This document shows positions 23,784 to 32,524 of a stretch of 38,363 nucleotides of DNA, one piece after another (within the stretch, counting starts at the first letter, position 1; the number at the start of each line of letters is the position of its first letter). The notes beneath the pieces are model-generated. The model searched no databases and was not told where the DNA came from. It saw only the letters and a program-made list of their open reading frames with translations. A program made the translations under genes and the position numbers. Source of the DNA: Dehalococcoidia bacterium UBA2162 (lineage in GTDB: Bacteria > Chloroflexota > Dehalococcoidia > Dehalococcoidales > UBA2162); assembly GCA_002335405.1 (NCBI GenBank), contig DCWM01000033.1, positions 1-38,363 of the forward strand, read 5' to 3'.

Positions 23784-24878
23784 ATGAAAGCCGTTATCTT
23801 GGTGGGTGGTAAAGCAACCAGATTGTTGCCGCTGACCAGTAAGCTCCCTAAAGCCTTGGTGCCGGTATTGAATACACCGTTTTTGGAGTATGTTATCTGT
23901 CATCTCCGTCGGCACCGGATAACGGAAATAATTCTGGCTCTTGGTAATCTAGCCGAGCCAATCGAGAGCTACTTTGGTGACGGTAGCCGGTTTGGTGTTA
24001 AGCTTAGCTATACCGTTGAAAAGACTCCTTATGGTACAGCTGGTGGGATAAAGAATGCGGAGAAATTTTTAGACGAATCCTTTATCGTGCTGAACGGTGA
24101 CGTTTTCACCGACCTTGATATTACTGCCATGATGACTTTCCACTACCGGAAGAAAGCCTTGGTTACTATTGCCCTGACTTGTGTGGATGATCCTACTAGC
24201 TATGGCGTTATCACAACTGATGTCGAGGGGAGAGTTTCGCTTTTCCGTGAGAAACCTAGATCGGGTGAGGTAACCAGTAATGTGATTAATGCCGGTACTT
24301 ATATTCTGGAGCCGAGTGTTCTGGCTCAAATCTCTCCCGGAACTGAAGTCAGTATTGAGCGTGAGGTATTCCCTAGCCTCTTGGCTCAAGGAGCACCGAT
24401 CTATGCTTATACCTCTTCAGCTTACTGGCTAGATATCGGTACTCATGGGAAATATCTCCAGCTGCATCGGGATCTGCTGAATGGTAAGTGCCATCAGCAC
24501 GTGCTCGACCTGCGTCATGATGTGTTGATTGGGGCTGAGAGTAATCTCCATCCTTCCGCCCAGATAATGGGGCCGGTAGTCATCGGAGCTAGCTGCTTTA
24601 TTGGGCGTGAAGTGAAGCTGATTGGGCCTTCGGTTATCGGCGCTGGGGGTAATATAATGGAGAATAGTGTGGTCGATGGGTCTATCATCTGGCCGAATAC
24701 CTGGATAGGGCCTGGGGTTAACGTGAAAAACTCGATTCTGGCTAATCGTTGCTTCCTTCATGCTAATAGTGTTGTCGAAGAGTCTGTTCTCGGTGATAAT
24801 GTCATCGTTTGTGATAGCTGTCGCTTAAAGTCGGGCAGCCGAATTTTTCCCGGGACAATCGTGGGAGCTGAAACGTAG
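23784..24878 (+). CDS. NDP-sugar pyrophosphorylase (mannose-1-phosphate guanylyltransferase-like) with a C-terminal left-handed beta-helix
   Basis: MKAVILVGGKATRLLPLT signature and hexapeptide-like repeats at the C-terminus. ATG at 23784 is preferred over the track start at 23739. Confidence 0.8.
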   Translation: MKAVILVGGKATRLLPLTSKLPKALVPVLNTPFLEYVICHLRRHRITEIILALGNLAEPIESYFGDGSRFGVKLSYTVEKTPYGTAGGIKNAEKFLDESFIVLNGDVFTDLDITAMMTFHYRKKALVTIALTCVDDPTSYGVITTDVEGRVSLFREKPRSGEVTSNVINAGTYILEPSVLAQISPGTEVSIEREVFPSLLAQGAPIYAYTSSAYWLDIGTHGKYLQLHRDLLNGKCHQHVLDLRHDVLIGAESNLHPSAQIMGPVVIGASCFIGREVKLIGPSVIGAGGNIMENSVVDGSIIWPNTWIGPGVNVKNSILANRCFLHANSVVEESVLGDNVIVCDSCRLKSGSRIFPGTIVGAET

Positions 24879-24965
24879 GAGTTTTCTAGCTCTTATCGCT
24901 GGTTAGTTTTTCTCTTTTTGGGGTCTGTCTGCGCCCGTGCTATAATTTTTTAGGGATGAATTGGT

Positions 24966-26036
24966 ATGTGGGATAAATTGGAACAGATAGATAAGCATTA
25001 TCAAGAGCTGGAAGAGCAGATCGCTACTCCTGAGATAGCGGTCGTCCCGAAGCAGGTTGAGAAATTAGCTCGGGAGAGGGCATCTATAGAAGTGGTGGTA
25101 ACGAAGTATCGGCGGTACAAGACGTCGGTTAAGTCGCTTGAGGAAACTAGAGCCATGCTAAGCGAGGGTCTGGATGAGGAAATGAAAACTCTTGTCAAGC
25201 AGGAGATAGATGGTCTTGAGGCACAACTGTCTCGGCTTCAGGAAGAACTTAAGATTGCCCTGTTGCCTAGGGATGAGAATGATAAGCGGGACATCATTAT
25301 GGAGGTTCGAGGGGGAACTGGTGGTGAAGAAGCGGCTCTATTTGCCGCCGATCTCTTTCGTATGTATAGCCGCTATGCTCAAGTTAAAGGTTGGGCGGTG
25401 GATATTATGAGTATGAGCGAGGCGACCGGTGGCGGCTTTAAGGAAATCATCTTCGAGGTAAGAGGTAGGGGGGCTTTCAGCCGGTTCAAGTACGAGAGTG
25501 GTGTGCATCGGGTGCAGAGAGTACCGCTTACCGAGGCTTCCGGTCGAATTCATACTTCCACGGCGACGGTGGCAGTGCTCCCCGAGGCAGATGAGGTAGA
25601 GGTGGATATTGATCCGGACAATCTCAGAATTGATATTTTTCACAGTGGTGGTGCCGGTGGCCAGAATGTTAACAAGGTTGCTACTGCTGTGCGCATCACC
25701 CATTTGTCAAGTGGTATGGTTGTTATTTGCCAGGATGAGCGCTCTCAATTAAAAAATAAGATAAAAGCGATGGCCGTACTCCGTGCCCGGCTTCGGGACA
25801 TGGAGATGCGGAAACAAGAAGAGGCGATAGGTAAAGAGCGTCAGTCTCAGGTTGGTACCGGTGAGCGCTCGGAAAAGATACGAACCTATAATTTCCCGCA
25901 AGACCGCCTTACCGATCATCGTATTGGTCTCACTCTGCATAATCTGCCGCGGATCTTGGCCGGGGATCTTGACCTGCTGGTTGATGCTCTGGCTACCAGT
26001 GAACAGGTGAAACAACTTCAAGGGCAACTAGCGTGA
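24966..26036 (+). CDS. prfA: Peptide chain release factor 1
   Basis: GGQ motif (SGGAGGQNVNKV). The tripeptide anticodon region is RVQRVPLTEASGRIHTS (P-x-T). Confidence 0.95.
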   Translation: MWDKLEQIDKHYQELEEQIATPEIAVVPKQVEKLARERASIEVVVTKYRRYKTSVKSLEETRAMLSEGLDEEMKTLVKQEIDGLEAQLSRLQEELKIALLPRDENDKRDIIMEVRGGTGGEEAALFAADLFRMYSRYAQVKGWAVDIMSMSEATGGGFKEIIFEVRGRGAFSRFKYESGVHRVQRVPLTEASGRIHTSTATVAVLPEADEVEVDIDPDNLRIDIFHSGGAGGQNVNKVATAVRITHLSSGMVVICQDERSQLKNKIKAMAVLRARLRDMEMRKQEEAIGKERQSQVGTGERSEKIRTYNFPQDRLTDHRIGLTLHNLPRILAGDLDLLVDALATSEQVKQLQGQLA

Positions 26037-26923
26037 AGGTCAGGGAGGTATTAAGTCAGGGTAGAGGAGCTCTGATCACCGCCAAGATTGATGATGCTAG
26101 TCTAGAAGCCGAAGTATTATTGAGATATGCCTTGGGTCTCAAGCGTGTTCAGCTCTATCTGCAGCTCGACCGCGAACTTAGCTTTAAAGAAAGCGAAAAT
26201 TTCTGGCAGTTGATTCGGCTCCGTCTCAATAATGAACCAACGGCTTATATCACCGGGCATCGTGAGTTTTACGGGTTGGATTTTGATGTTGATGGTAATG
26301 TCCTTATCCCCCGACCGGAAAGTGAGCTTTTGGTCGAAACCGCGCTGGGATTAGCGCTGGAGTATCCGATGCATACTATTGCCGATGTCGGTACGGGTAG
26401 TGGTGCCCTAGCCATCAGTCTGGCGGTAACTTTGCCTCGGGTAAAAATCTATGCCACCGATATTTCATCTTCGGCGCTCGGGGTCGCTCAGTCAAATTGC
26501 CAGAAACATGGTGTCTTGAATCGGATTCGGCTGCTTCAAGGAGATTTGCTTGAACCATTACCAGAGCCGGTTAATCTGATTGTGGCTAATCTGCCCTATG
26601 TTCGGGAAGAAGCATTGTCTCAGGTAAATACACGGTATTTTGAACCTCATCTGGCGCTAGATGGCGGCCCTGATGGCCTGGAGGCGATACGTCGGCTTGG
26701 TACTCAAGTGGGTGCTAAGCTTCGGTTGGGAGGGGGCTTACTTTTGGAGATTGGATTAGACCAAGGCGAAGCCGTGATGGTTTTCTTTCGTCACCTCTTC
26801 CCTTCGGCCGAGATTAAACTTATCCCTGACGGGTGTGGTATTGACCGGGTTATGAGTTTACTCCTGCCTCCGGCCATCTTACTTACCGAATCGGGTGTTA
26901 GTAACGCGGTAATGCTTAGCTAA
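26033..26923 (+). CDS. prmC: Release factor glutamine N5-methyltransferase PrmC/HemK
   Basis: ADVGTGSGA SAM motif. The catalytic tetrapeptide reads NLPY instead of NPPY. 4-nt overlap with prfA. Confidence 0.85.
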   Translation: MKVREVLSQGRGALITAKIDDASLEAEVLLRYALGLKRVQLYLQLDRELSFKESENFWQLIRLRLNNEPTAYITGHREFYGLDFDVDGNVLIPRPESELLVETALGLALEYPMHTIADVGTGSGALAISLAVTLPRVKIYATDISSSALGVAQSNCQKHGVLNRIRLLQGDLLEPLPEPVNLIVANLPYVREEALSQVNTRYFEPHLALDGGPDGLEAIRRLGTQVGAKLRLGGGLLLEIGLDQGEAVMVFFRHLFPSAEIKLIPDGCGIDRVMSLLLPPAILLTESGVSNAVMLS

Positions 26924-26960
26924 TTTTCCCTAAGGCTCAGCGGGCCGACTGTCCTTTGGC

Positions 26961-29021
26961 CTAAGTCTTCTCGGCTTGTCTTTCCGCTACGATTTTCTGG
27001 ATCACATTTGGCGGCGTTTCTTGATAATGGCTAAATTCTACAGTGAAGCGGCCGCGCCCTTGGGTTATTGACTTCAGGTCAATGGCGTAACGCTGAATCT
27101 CAGCCAGAGGTATCTGGGCTTGAATCATATTAGCGTCATCTTCAGGATTCATTCCCTGTAACTGAGCTCGTTTGGTGTTGAGGTCACCGATAATTTCGCC
27201 GGTGTATTCCTCGGGGACTCTCACTGTAAGATTTACTATCGGTTCGAGAATAGTTGGCTGTCCCTGAGAGAGCCCCTTCTTTATGGCGCCGGCGCTGGCG
27301 ATCTTGAAGCAGATTTCGGAGGAATCAACCGGGTGATAGCTGCCGTCAACAACGATAACCCTGATATCAGTTACCGGGTAGTGTGCAAGTACTCCCTCTA
27401 GCACAGCCTCATGGAATCCTTTCTCTACTGCCGGGATATAATTAGTGGGGATTCTGCCGCCGACTACCTTGTTGACAAATTCAATACCGCTGCTACGGGG
27501 TAAGGGTTTTATTTCCAGAATAACATGCCCATATTGACCATGCCCACCGGTCTGCTTCTTATGTTTATATTCGGCCGTAGTACCAGTTTTGATTGTCTCT
27601 CTGTAGGGAACCTTTGGAGTCTTCAGGTTAATGCCGACGCTGAATTTGCGTAACATTTTCTCTGCAGCTACATTGAGTTGAGTCTCGCCTAGTCCGGAGA
27701 GAATCGTTTCACCGGTATCGCTGTCGCGGCGCATATGTAGCGTAGGGTCTTCCTCAACAAGCCGTGTTAGGGCAGAGCTCAGCTTATCTAGGTCTAACTT
27801 GGTCTTGGGAGAAATGGCTTCACTGAAAGACGGTTTGGGGAAGATAATCGGGGCTAGTTTTACTGGTTTATCGTGTGTGCACAGAGTATCGCCACTATTG
27901 GTCAGGCTTAATTTGGCTACAGCCCCGATGTCACCAGCTCTGACCTGTGGTATAGGCTCTTGAGTTTTACCACGAATGAGATATAATTGACCGATGCGCT
28001 CCGGCTCGCCCCGTGTCGAATTCCACACTGACGAGTTGCTCTCGATGATTCCGTGGTAAATACGAAAGTAGGTTAGCTTGCCTACGTAAGGGTCGGCGGT
28101 GGTCTTAAATACTAGGGCGGCCAGTGGCGCATCCTGGACAGGTTCAGCCGTCTCCAGTTTGCCTGCTTCGCCAACTATGGCTACGTCACGTTCCTTAGGC
28201 GAGGGTAAATAACGGACTATGGTATCCAGCAGCAAGCCTACTCCGGTGCTTTGCAGGGCGGAGCCAACAAGGATGGGCACAATTTTGCCCGTTATTACCG
28301 CCTGTCGTAAACCTTTATTGAGTTCCTCTAGGCTGAGTTCCTCGCCGCCCAGATACCTCTCTAATAGTGTGTCATCAACCTCGGCCACGGCTTCTACTAG
28401 ATTTTCGCGGAGAGAATTGACTTCGTTTTGTAGTGCTGCCGGGACTTTATCCTCCTTAGCGGCAGTACCGGTGTAGCTTTTCTGGGGCAGCAGGTCGATA
28501 ATACCTTGAAAGGTAGTGTGGGTACCGATGGGTAGTTGTATCGGTAGACATTTTGCCCCAAAATTAGCCTGAAGTTCTTTAACCGTACGGTTGAAGTCGG
28601 CATTCTCGCGGTCCATCTTATTGACCAGTATCAAACGTGGCAGATTGGCCTCTTTGCTGTAGGCCCAAACCTGTTCAGTCCCGACTTCAACGCCGGAAGC
28701 GGCACAGACGGTAATCAAAGCTCCGTCGCTCACCCTTATAGCCGCCTTAACCTCAGCGGCAAAGTCCGAATAACCAGGGGTGTCCAGTAAATTAATCTTG
28801 GTTTTCTGCCATTGACAAGGGAGCACCGAAAGGTTAATGCTAATCCGTCTTTTTACTTCAATCGGGTCATAGTCTGATGTCGTTGTTCCTTCATCTACTT
28901 TACCCAGCCGGTTGACTGTTCCAGTAGTAAGCAGGATGGCTTCGGCCAAAGACGTTTTGCCGGCGCCGGCGTGAGAGAGTAAAGCTATGTTGCGAATATT
29001 CTCTAACCCGTATTGCTCCAT
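26961..29021 (-). CDS. Elongation factor G paralog (EF-G2-like translational GTPase)
   Basis: Five-domain EF-G length of 686 aa, with DTPGYSDF and NKMD motifs. The P-loop SHAGAGKTS deviates from the canonical AHIDAGKTT. It is not in an str-operon context. Confidence 0.85.
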   Translation of the reverse strand: MEQYGLENIRNIALLSHAGAGKTSLAEAILLTTGTVNRLGKVDEGTTTSDYDPIEVKRRISINLSVLPCQWQKTKINLLDTPGYSDFAAEVKAAIRVSDGALITVCAASGVEVGTEQVWAYSKEANLPRLILVNKMDRENADFNRTVKELQANFGAKCLPIQLPIGTHTTFQGIIDLLPQKSYTGTAAKEDKVPAALQNEVNSLRENLVEAVAEVDDTLLERYLGGEELSLEELNKGLRQAVITGKIVPILVGSALQSTGVGLLLDTIVRYLPSPKERDVAIVGEAGKLETAEPVQDAPLAALVFKTTADPYVGKLTYFRIYHGIIESNSSVWNSTRGEPERIGQLYLIRGKTQEPIPQVRAGDIGAVAKLSLTNSGDTLCTHDKPVKLAPIIFPKPSFSEAISPKTKLDLDKLSSALTRLVEEDPTLHMRRDSDTGETILSGLGETQLNVAAEKMLRKFSVGINLKTPKVPYRETIKTGTTAEYKHKKQTGGHGQYGHVILEIKPLPRSSGIEFVNKVVGGRIPTNYIPAVEKGFHEAVLEGVLAHYPVTDIRVIVVDGSYHPVDSSEICFKIASAGAIKKGLSQGQPTILEPIVNLTVRVPEEYTGEIIGDLNTKRAQLQGMNPEDDANMIQAQIPLAEIQRYAIDLKSITQGRGRFTVEFSHYQETPPNVIQKIVAERQAEKT

Positions 29022-29165
29022 CTCATTACTACTCCCCCAATCTTATTTTACCCTATTATAATCGATGGGAATGGATACGGCAAACGAATAATTCTAACTT
29101 GTCGGTGCCGCAGGCGGTATGTTACTATTCTTCCCGACCGACAACCTCACGTAAAAGGAGCCAGC

Positions 29166-29519
29166 ATGAAAGAACGGACTGACTGTATTTTTTGCCGAAT
29201 TGCCGCCGGTGAAATAGGGTCTGATTTACTTTATCAAGACAACGGGATAATTGCCTTCCGCGATATTAATCCGCTTGCCCCAACGCACATACTCATTGTT
29301 CCTCGGAAACACATTTCGTCTCTAGCCGAGTTATCCGAAGATGAGGCCACCCTGACAGGAACTATGGTCAATGTCGCCAACTGCCTGGCGAGAAGTGAAG
29401 GTATTGTCGAAAGGGGATATCGCTTGGTGATAAATTGTGGTCGGGAAGGTGGTCAGGGAGTAGCCCATCTCCACATGCATTTTTTGGGGGGGCGTCAGCT
29501 CGGTAATCAGCTGGGCTAA
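29166..29519 (+). CDS. HIT family (Hint-like) nucleotide hydrolase
   Basis: CIFCRI, and the histidine triad HLHMHFLGG. ATG at 29166 follows AAAGGAG. The longer track ORF from 29013 overlaps the EF-G start. Confidence 0.88.
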   Translation: MKERTDCIFCRIAAGEIGSDLLYQDNGIIAFRDINPLAPTHILIVPRKHISSLAELSEDEATLTGTMVNVANCLARSEGIVERGYRLVINCGREGGQGVAHLHMHFLGGRQLGNQLG

Positions 29520-30049
29520 CTTTTCCTATACTTCAGGAAGGTAAGCAGTCCGGCAACACTTTTGGCATCGCAAATAGTACCTGAGTCAATCAGCTCAGTA
29601 ATCTTGCCAACCGGCACACGGACCGGTTTGATGCTCTCTGTATCCTCGGCATAGAGTGGGCTGGGAGTAAGGTCAGTCGCCATGTAGAGATGAAGATATT
29701 CGGTGCAGTAGCCTGGCGCCGAGTAAAACCCGCCTAGCCGGGTCACTTTTCTCGGTAGATAACCAATCTCTTCACGTAATTCACGACGTACCGTCGTCTC
29801 GGCGTCCTCTCCCGGTTCAATGCCACCAGCTGGTATCTCCAGCAGTTCCTTACCGGTAGGGAGACGAAATTGCTCCACCAGCAGTATATTATCCTCGACA
29901 TCAACGGGGATAACTGCCACACACTCGCTGTGTTCGATGATCTCCCTAGTGGTTTCGTGGCCATTGTGCAGGAGCACGACGTCGACCCGTAATCTGACGA
30001 TCCGTCCGTCATAGATTAGTTGACTCGAGAGCACCTTTTCTTCAGCCAA
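29516..30049 (-). CDS. Nudix hydrolase (ADP-ribose pyrophosphatase-like)
   Basis: Nudix box GGIEPGEDAETTVRRELREEIG. Confidence 0.85.
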   Translation of the reverse strand: MAEEKVLSSQLIYDGRIVRLRVDVVLLHNGHETTREIIEHSECVAVIPVDVEDNILLVEQFRLPTGKELLEIPAGGIEPGEDAETTVRRELREEIGYLPRKVTRLGGFYSAPGYCTEYLHLYMATDLTPSPLYAEDTESIKPVRVPVGKITELIDSGTICDAKSVAGLLTFLKYRKS

Positions 30050-30518
30050 GCTGAGCCTCTGTCTCTATGTGGTAGACTAGAGCCACCTCGTCGCAATTAG
30101 GAAATTTGGGACAACGGTAACACTCGCTCCAGACCTTATGGGATAGGGTCATTTTATCTACCTGGGAAAAGCCAAGGGTGGTAAAAAAATCTGGTTTGTA
30201 TGTCAGGCAAAAAATCGTGGAGATACCTAGCTCCTTGGCTTCTTTTAGACAGGCCTTGATGAGTTGGTTACCAACCCCCTGTCGCTGGTGATCTTCAGCG
30301 ACGACGACCGCCTTTATTTCTCCTAGGTTAGACCAGTTAATATGGAGGGCGGCGCAGGCAGTCACCCGCTCTTCTTCATGAACTACGAAGAAATCGCGGA
30401 CGTTCTCATATAGCTCGCTTAGCGGACGAGCTAGCATGTCTCCCTTCTCGGCAAAAGAGTTTATTAGTTGGTGCATTTGGGGAACATCGCTAATCCTAGC
30501 TTTTTCGATTTGAGCCAA
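30042..30518 (-). CDS. GNAT family N-acetyltransferase (short ArgA-like)
   Basis: Acetyl-CoA motif HQRQGVGNQLI. The family-typical C-terminal Cys pair is CYRCPKFPNC. Confidence 0.7.
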   Translation of the reverse strand: MAQIEKARISDVPQMHQLINSFAEKGDMLARPLSELYENVRDFFVVHEEERVTACAALHINWSNLGEIKAVVVAEDHQRQGVGNQLIKACLKEAKELGISTIFCLTYKPDFFTTLGFSQVDKMTLSHKVWSECYRCPKFPNCDEVALVYHIETEAQLG

Positions 30519-30519
30519 T

Positions 30520-31371
30520 TTATCGTTCTGCCTTTAGTCTTTGTTCCAGGGAACCGTAAAACGAAGTTTCCGGATGAATTCGGAGAAATCGGACCGTTTT
30601 CGAGCTGTGTTTAACCGTGACTGTAGCCCCGGTAGATAAAGTTAGGTTAATGTGACCATCGATGCTTAGTACGGCCGGTATGGTGCTGGTCAGATGCAGG
30701 TGTGCAGTATCATCGGGGGATAAGACTATCGGGTAAGTCGAACCAAGGTGAGGTGATATCGGCACGAGTAAGAATGCCCCAACACGCGGATGTAGAATAG
30801 GACCACCAGCGGCTAAAGCATAACCGGTACTCCCGGTAGCTGTGGACATAGCTACTCCGTCCGCTCGGTAGGTAGTTAATCGGGTACCATTAATACTTAC
30901 CTCGACATGAATCAATCGTACAGCGGCTCCACGGGCGACCACGGCATCATTCAGCGCATAAAATCGGCGGGGCGACTCAGCTTCGACACTGACCGACGGA
31001 AGCTCGACTTCAAGCAAGCATCGCTCATCAAACCAGCCTTCTCCAGCTAGTAAAGCCGGTAATTTTCTTTTGACTTCATTAATAGTGAGTTCTGTCATAA
31101 AGCCGAATTTGCCCAAGTTTATTCCGGTAATCGGCGTAGCTGTCGGTACCGCTACCTGAGCCGCTCGTAAGATGGTACCATCCCCACCGATACTCAGAAT
31201 TAAATCAGCACCATTAGCTTGAGTCTTGGCCTTTTCCCATTCCCAAGCCGAACACAGCCAAACGATAAGTCCCTTGGTACTTAAAAACGCTTCTAGATTT
31301 TTACTTAGAGTACGGGCAGCCTCTTTTAGCGGATGATAGAGGATACCGACTTCTTTCATAACCATGAACAA
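30520..31371 (-). CDS. nadK: NAD kinase
   Basis: GGDGTILRAA motif. The track start is TTG at 31371. In-frame ATGs at 31365 and 31359 are alternatives, and none has a Shine-Dalgarno sequence. Confidence 0.9.
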   Translation of the reverse strand: MFMVMKEVGILYHPLKEAARTLSKNLEAFLSTKGLIVWLCSAWEWEKAKTQANGADLILSIGGDGTILRAAQVAVPTATPITGINLGKFGFMTELTINEVKRKLPALLAGEGWFDERCLLEVELPSVSVEAESPRRFYALNDAVVARGAAVRLIHVEVSINGTRLTTYRADGVAMSTATGSTGYALAAGGPILHPRVGAFLLVPISPHLGSTYPIVLSPDDTAHLHLTSTIPAVLSIDGHINLTLSTGATVTVKHSSKTVRFLRIHPETSFYGSLEQRLKAER

Positions 31372-31373
31372 AT

Positions 31374-31402
31374 ATTATAGCTTCAATATTACCGATAGTA
31401 AA
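31374..31402 (-). promoter_or_regulatory. Sigma70-type promoter for the nadK-GNAT-Nudix operon, possibly giving a leaderless transcript
   Basis: On the minus strand: TTTACT (31402-31397), a 17-nt spacer, then TATAAT (31379-31374). The ATG at 31365 lies only 8 nt after the -10. Confidence 0.4.
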
Positions 31403-31423
31403 GTATTACCGATAGTAAAATAT
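31387..31423. repeat. 17-bp tandem direct repeat, two copies plus 3 nt
   Basis: TATTACCGATAGTAAAG (31387-31403), TATTACCGATAGTAAAA (31404-31420), then TAT. 16 of 17 positions are identical. Copy 1 contains the putative -35. Confidence 0.9.
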
Positions 31424-31468
31424 GGTGGGTCAGATGCAATCTAATTAGTCCGCGGTAGAGGCACACCC

Positions 31469-32332
31469 CTATTCCATGAGTTTGTACATGGTTTCGTAGG
31501 CTTTTCGAAAATCAGGGTCGCTCTCTTCAAATGCACTTTTTAAGGCATTCATTTTCTTGACGAACTCTGGCCGGTCTTTATTTTTGACGATATTGGCCCA
31601 AGTGGCTGAGTTTCTCCGGAATGCTTCCTCAATTTCCGCCACCATGGGTAGATTCATTTGTAGTGAGGCGTAAAATTCCGCGTCTTCGGAGACTACGCTT
31701 TCAGCTAGCGTGAGTAAAAGTTTGTAGGTACCGCCGCCGACATTCTTCGTCGGCTTTAGTCTGCCTAAGCTGAGTAGTGTCTCTGCCGAAACGATACCGA
31801 TAAAGTGAGACAGCCCTAGAATCACCGCCATCATTTCATCATGTTCTTCGGGGGGCATCAGGGTAACCTTAGCGCCTCGTTTTTCTAAATATTGCTTAAC
31901 TTTTTCTGCCAGCGTCGACTCTTTTTCATTGGTCGGTGTCAGGACAAAATTTTTATCGACCATGTCTCTGGCGCCAGGGCCAAATACCGGGTGTATGCCT
32001 AGGACTGAGGTTGATTTGAGATACCGATGCATGATGGCCACCGGTGATACCTTGATGGAAGTGATGTCCAGAATAATCTGCTTGGGGTGAGTGTGGGGCT
32101 GGAGTTTCTTGGCCACTGTTTCGAAGTTATCGATGGGTACGGAGATGAGCACCACGTCGGCACTTTTCACGGCTTTGATATTGGTCGAGGTTTCTACACG
32201 TAATTTTTCTTTGGCTTCAAGTAGCTTCTGTTCACTACGGCCGACGATGATGACCTCTTTACCTTCCTTTGCTAAGAAATTGGCAAACCACCGCCCCATT
32301 TTTCCCGAGCCGCCGATTATGGCTACTTTCAT
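31469..32332 (-). CDS. tyrA: Prephenate dehydrogenase
   Basis: N-terminal Rossmann motif MKVAIIGGSGKMG, then GIHPVFGP and EHDEMMAVILGLSHF. Confidence 0.85.
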   Translation of the reverse strand: MKVAIIGGSGKMGRWFANFLAKEGKEVIIVGRSEQKLLEAKEKLRVETSTNIKAVKSADVVLISVPIDNFETVAKKLQPHTHPKQIILDITSIKVSPVAIMHRYLKSTSVLGIHPVFGPGARDMVDKNFVLTPTNEKESTLAEKVKQYLEKRGAKVTLMPPEEHDEMMAVILGLSHFIGIVSAETLLSLGRLKPTKNVGGGTYKLLLTLAESVVSEDAEFYASLQMNLPMVAEIEEAFRRNSATWANIVKNKDRPEFVKKMNALKSAFEESDPDFRKAYETMYKLME

Positions 32333-32462
32333 TCGTTTATCCCTGTAAGTTTGGGACTATTTTAACCTTATTCTCTAGTTTTTACTAGTAACCTCATCCC
32401 CTAATTCCTGGAGACTTTTTCTAGGAGAATATGATATGTCTTGGACACCACACAATATTATC

Positions 32463-32492
32463 TTGACAATAGCTCATGCTCATTGTTAGTAT
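32463..32492 (+). promoter_or_regulatory. Candidate promoter for dxs
   Basis: TTGACA (32463-32468), an 18-nt spacer, then TAGTAT (32487-32492), 33 nt upstream of the dxs ATG. Confidence 0.35.
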
Positions 32493-32524
32493 GATGGGGA
32501 TTTTCCCAGTTCGGCAAGCAAGCC

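Noticed and set aside
31387-31423. The tandem 17-mers, and the 73-nt units at 532-677, as a minimal CRISPR array.
   Set aside because: There are only two adjacent copies with no spacers between them, and no cas genes in the window. They sit in promoter regions and fit regulatory repeats better.
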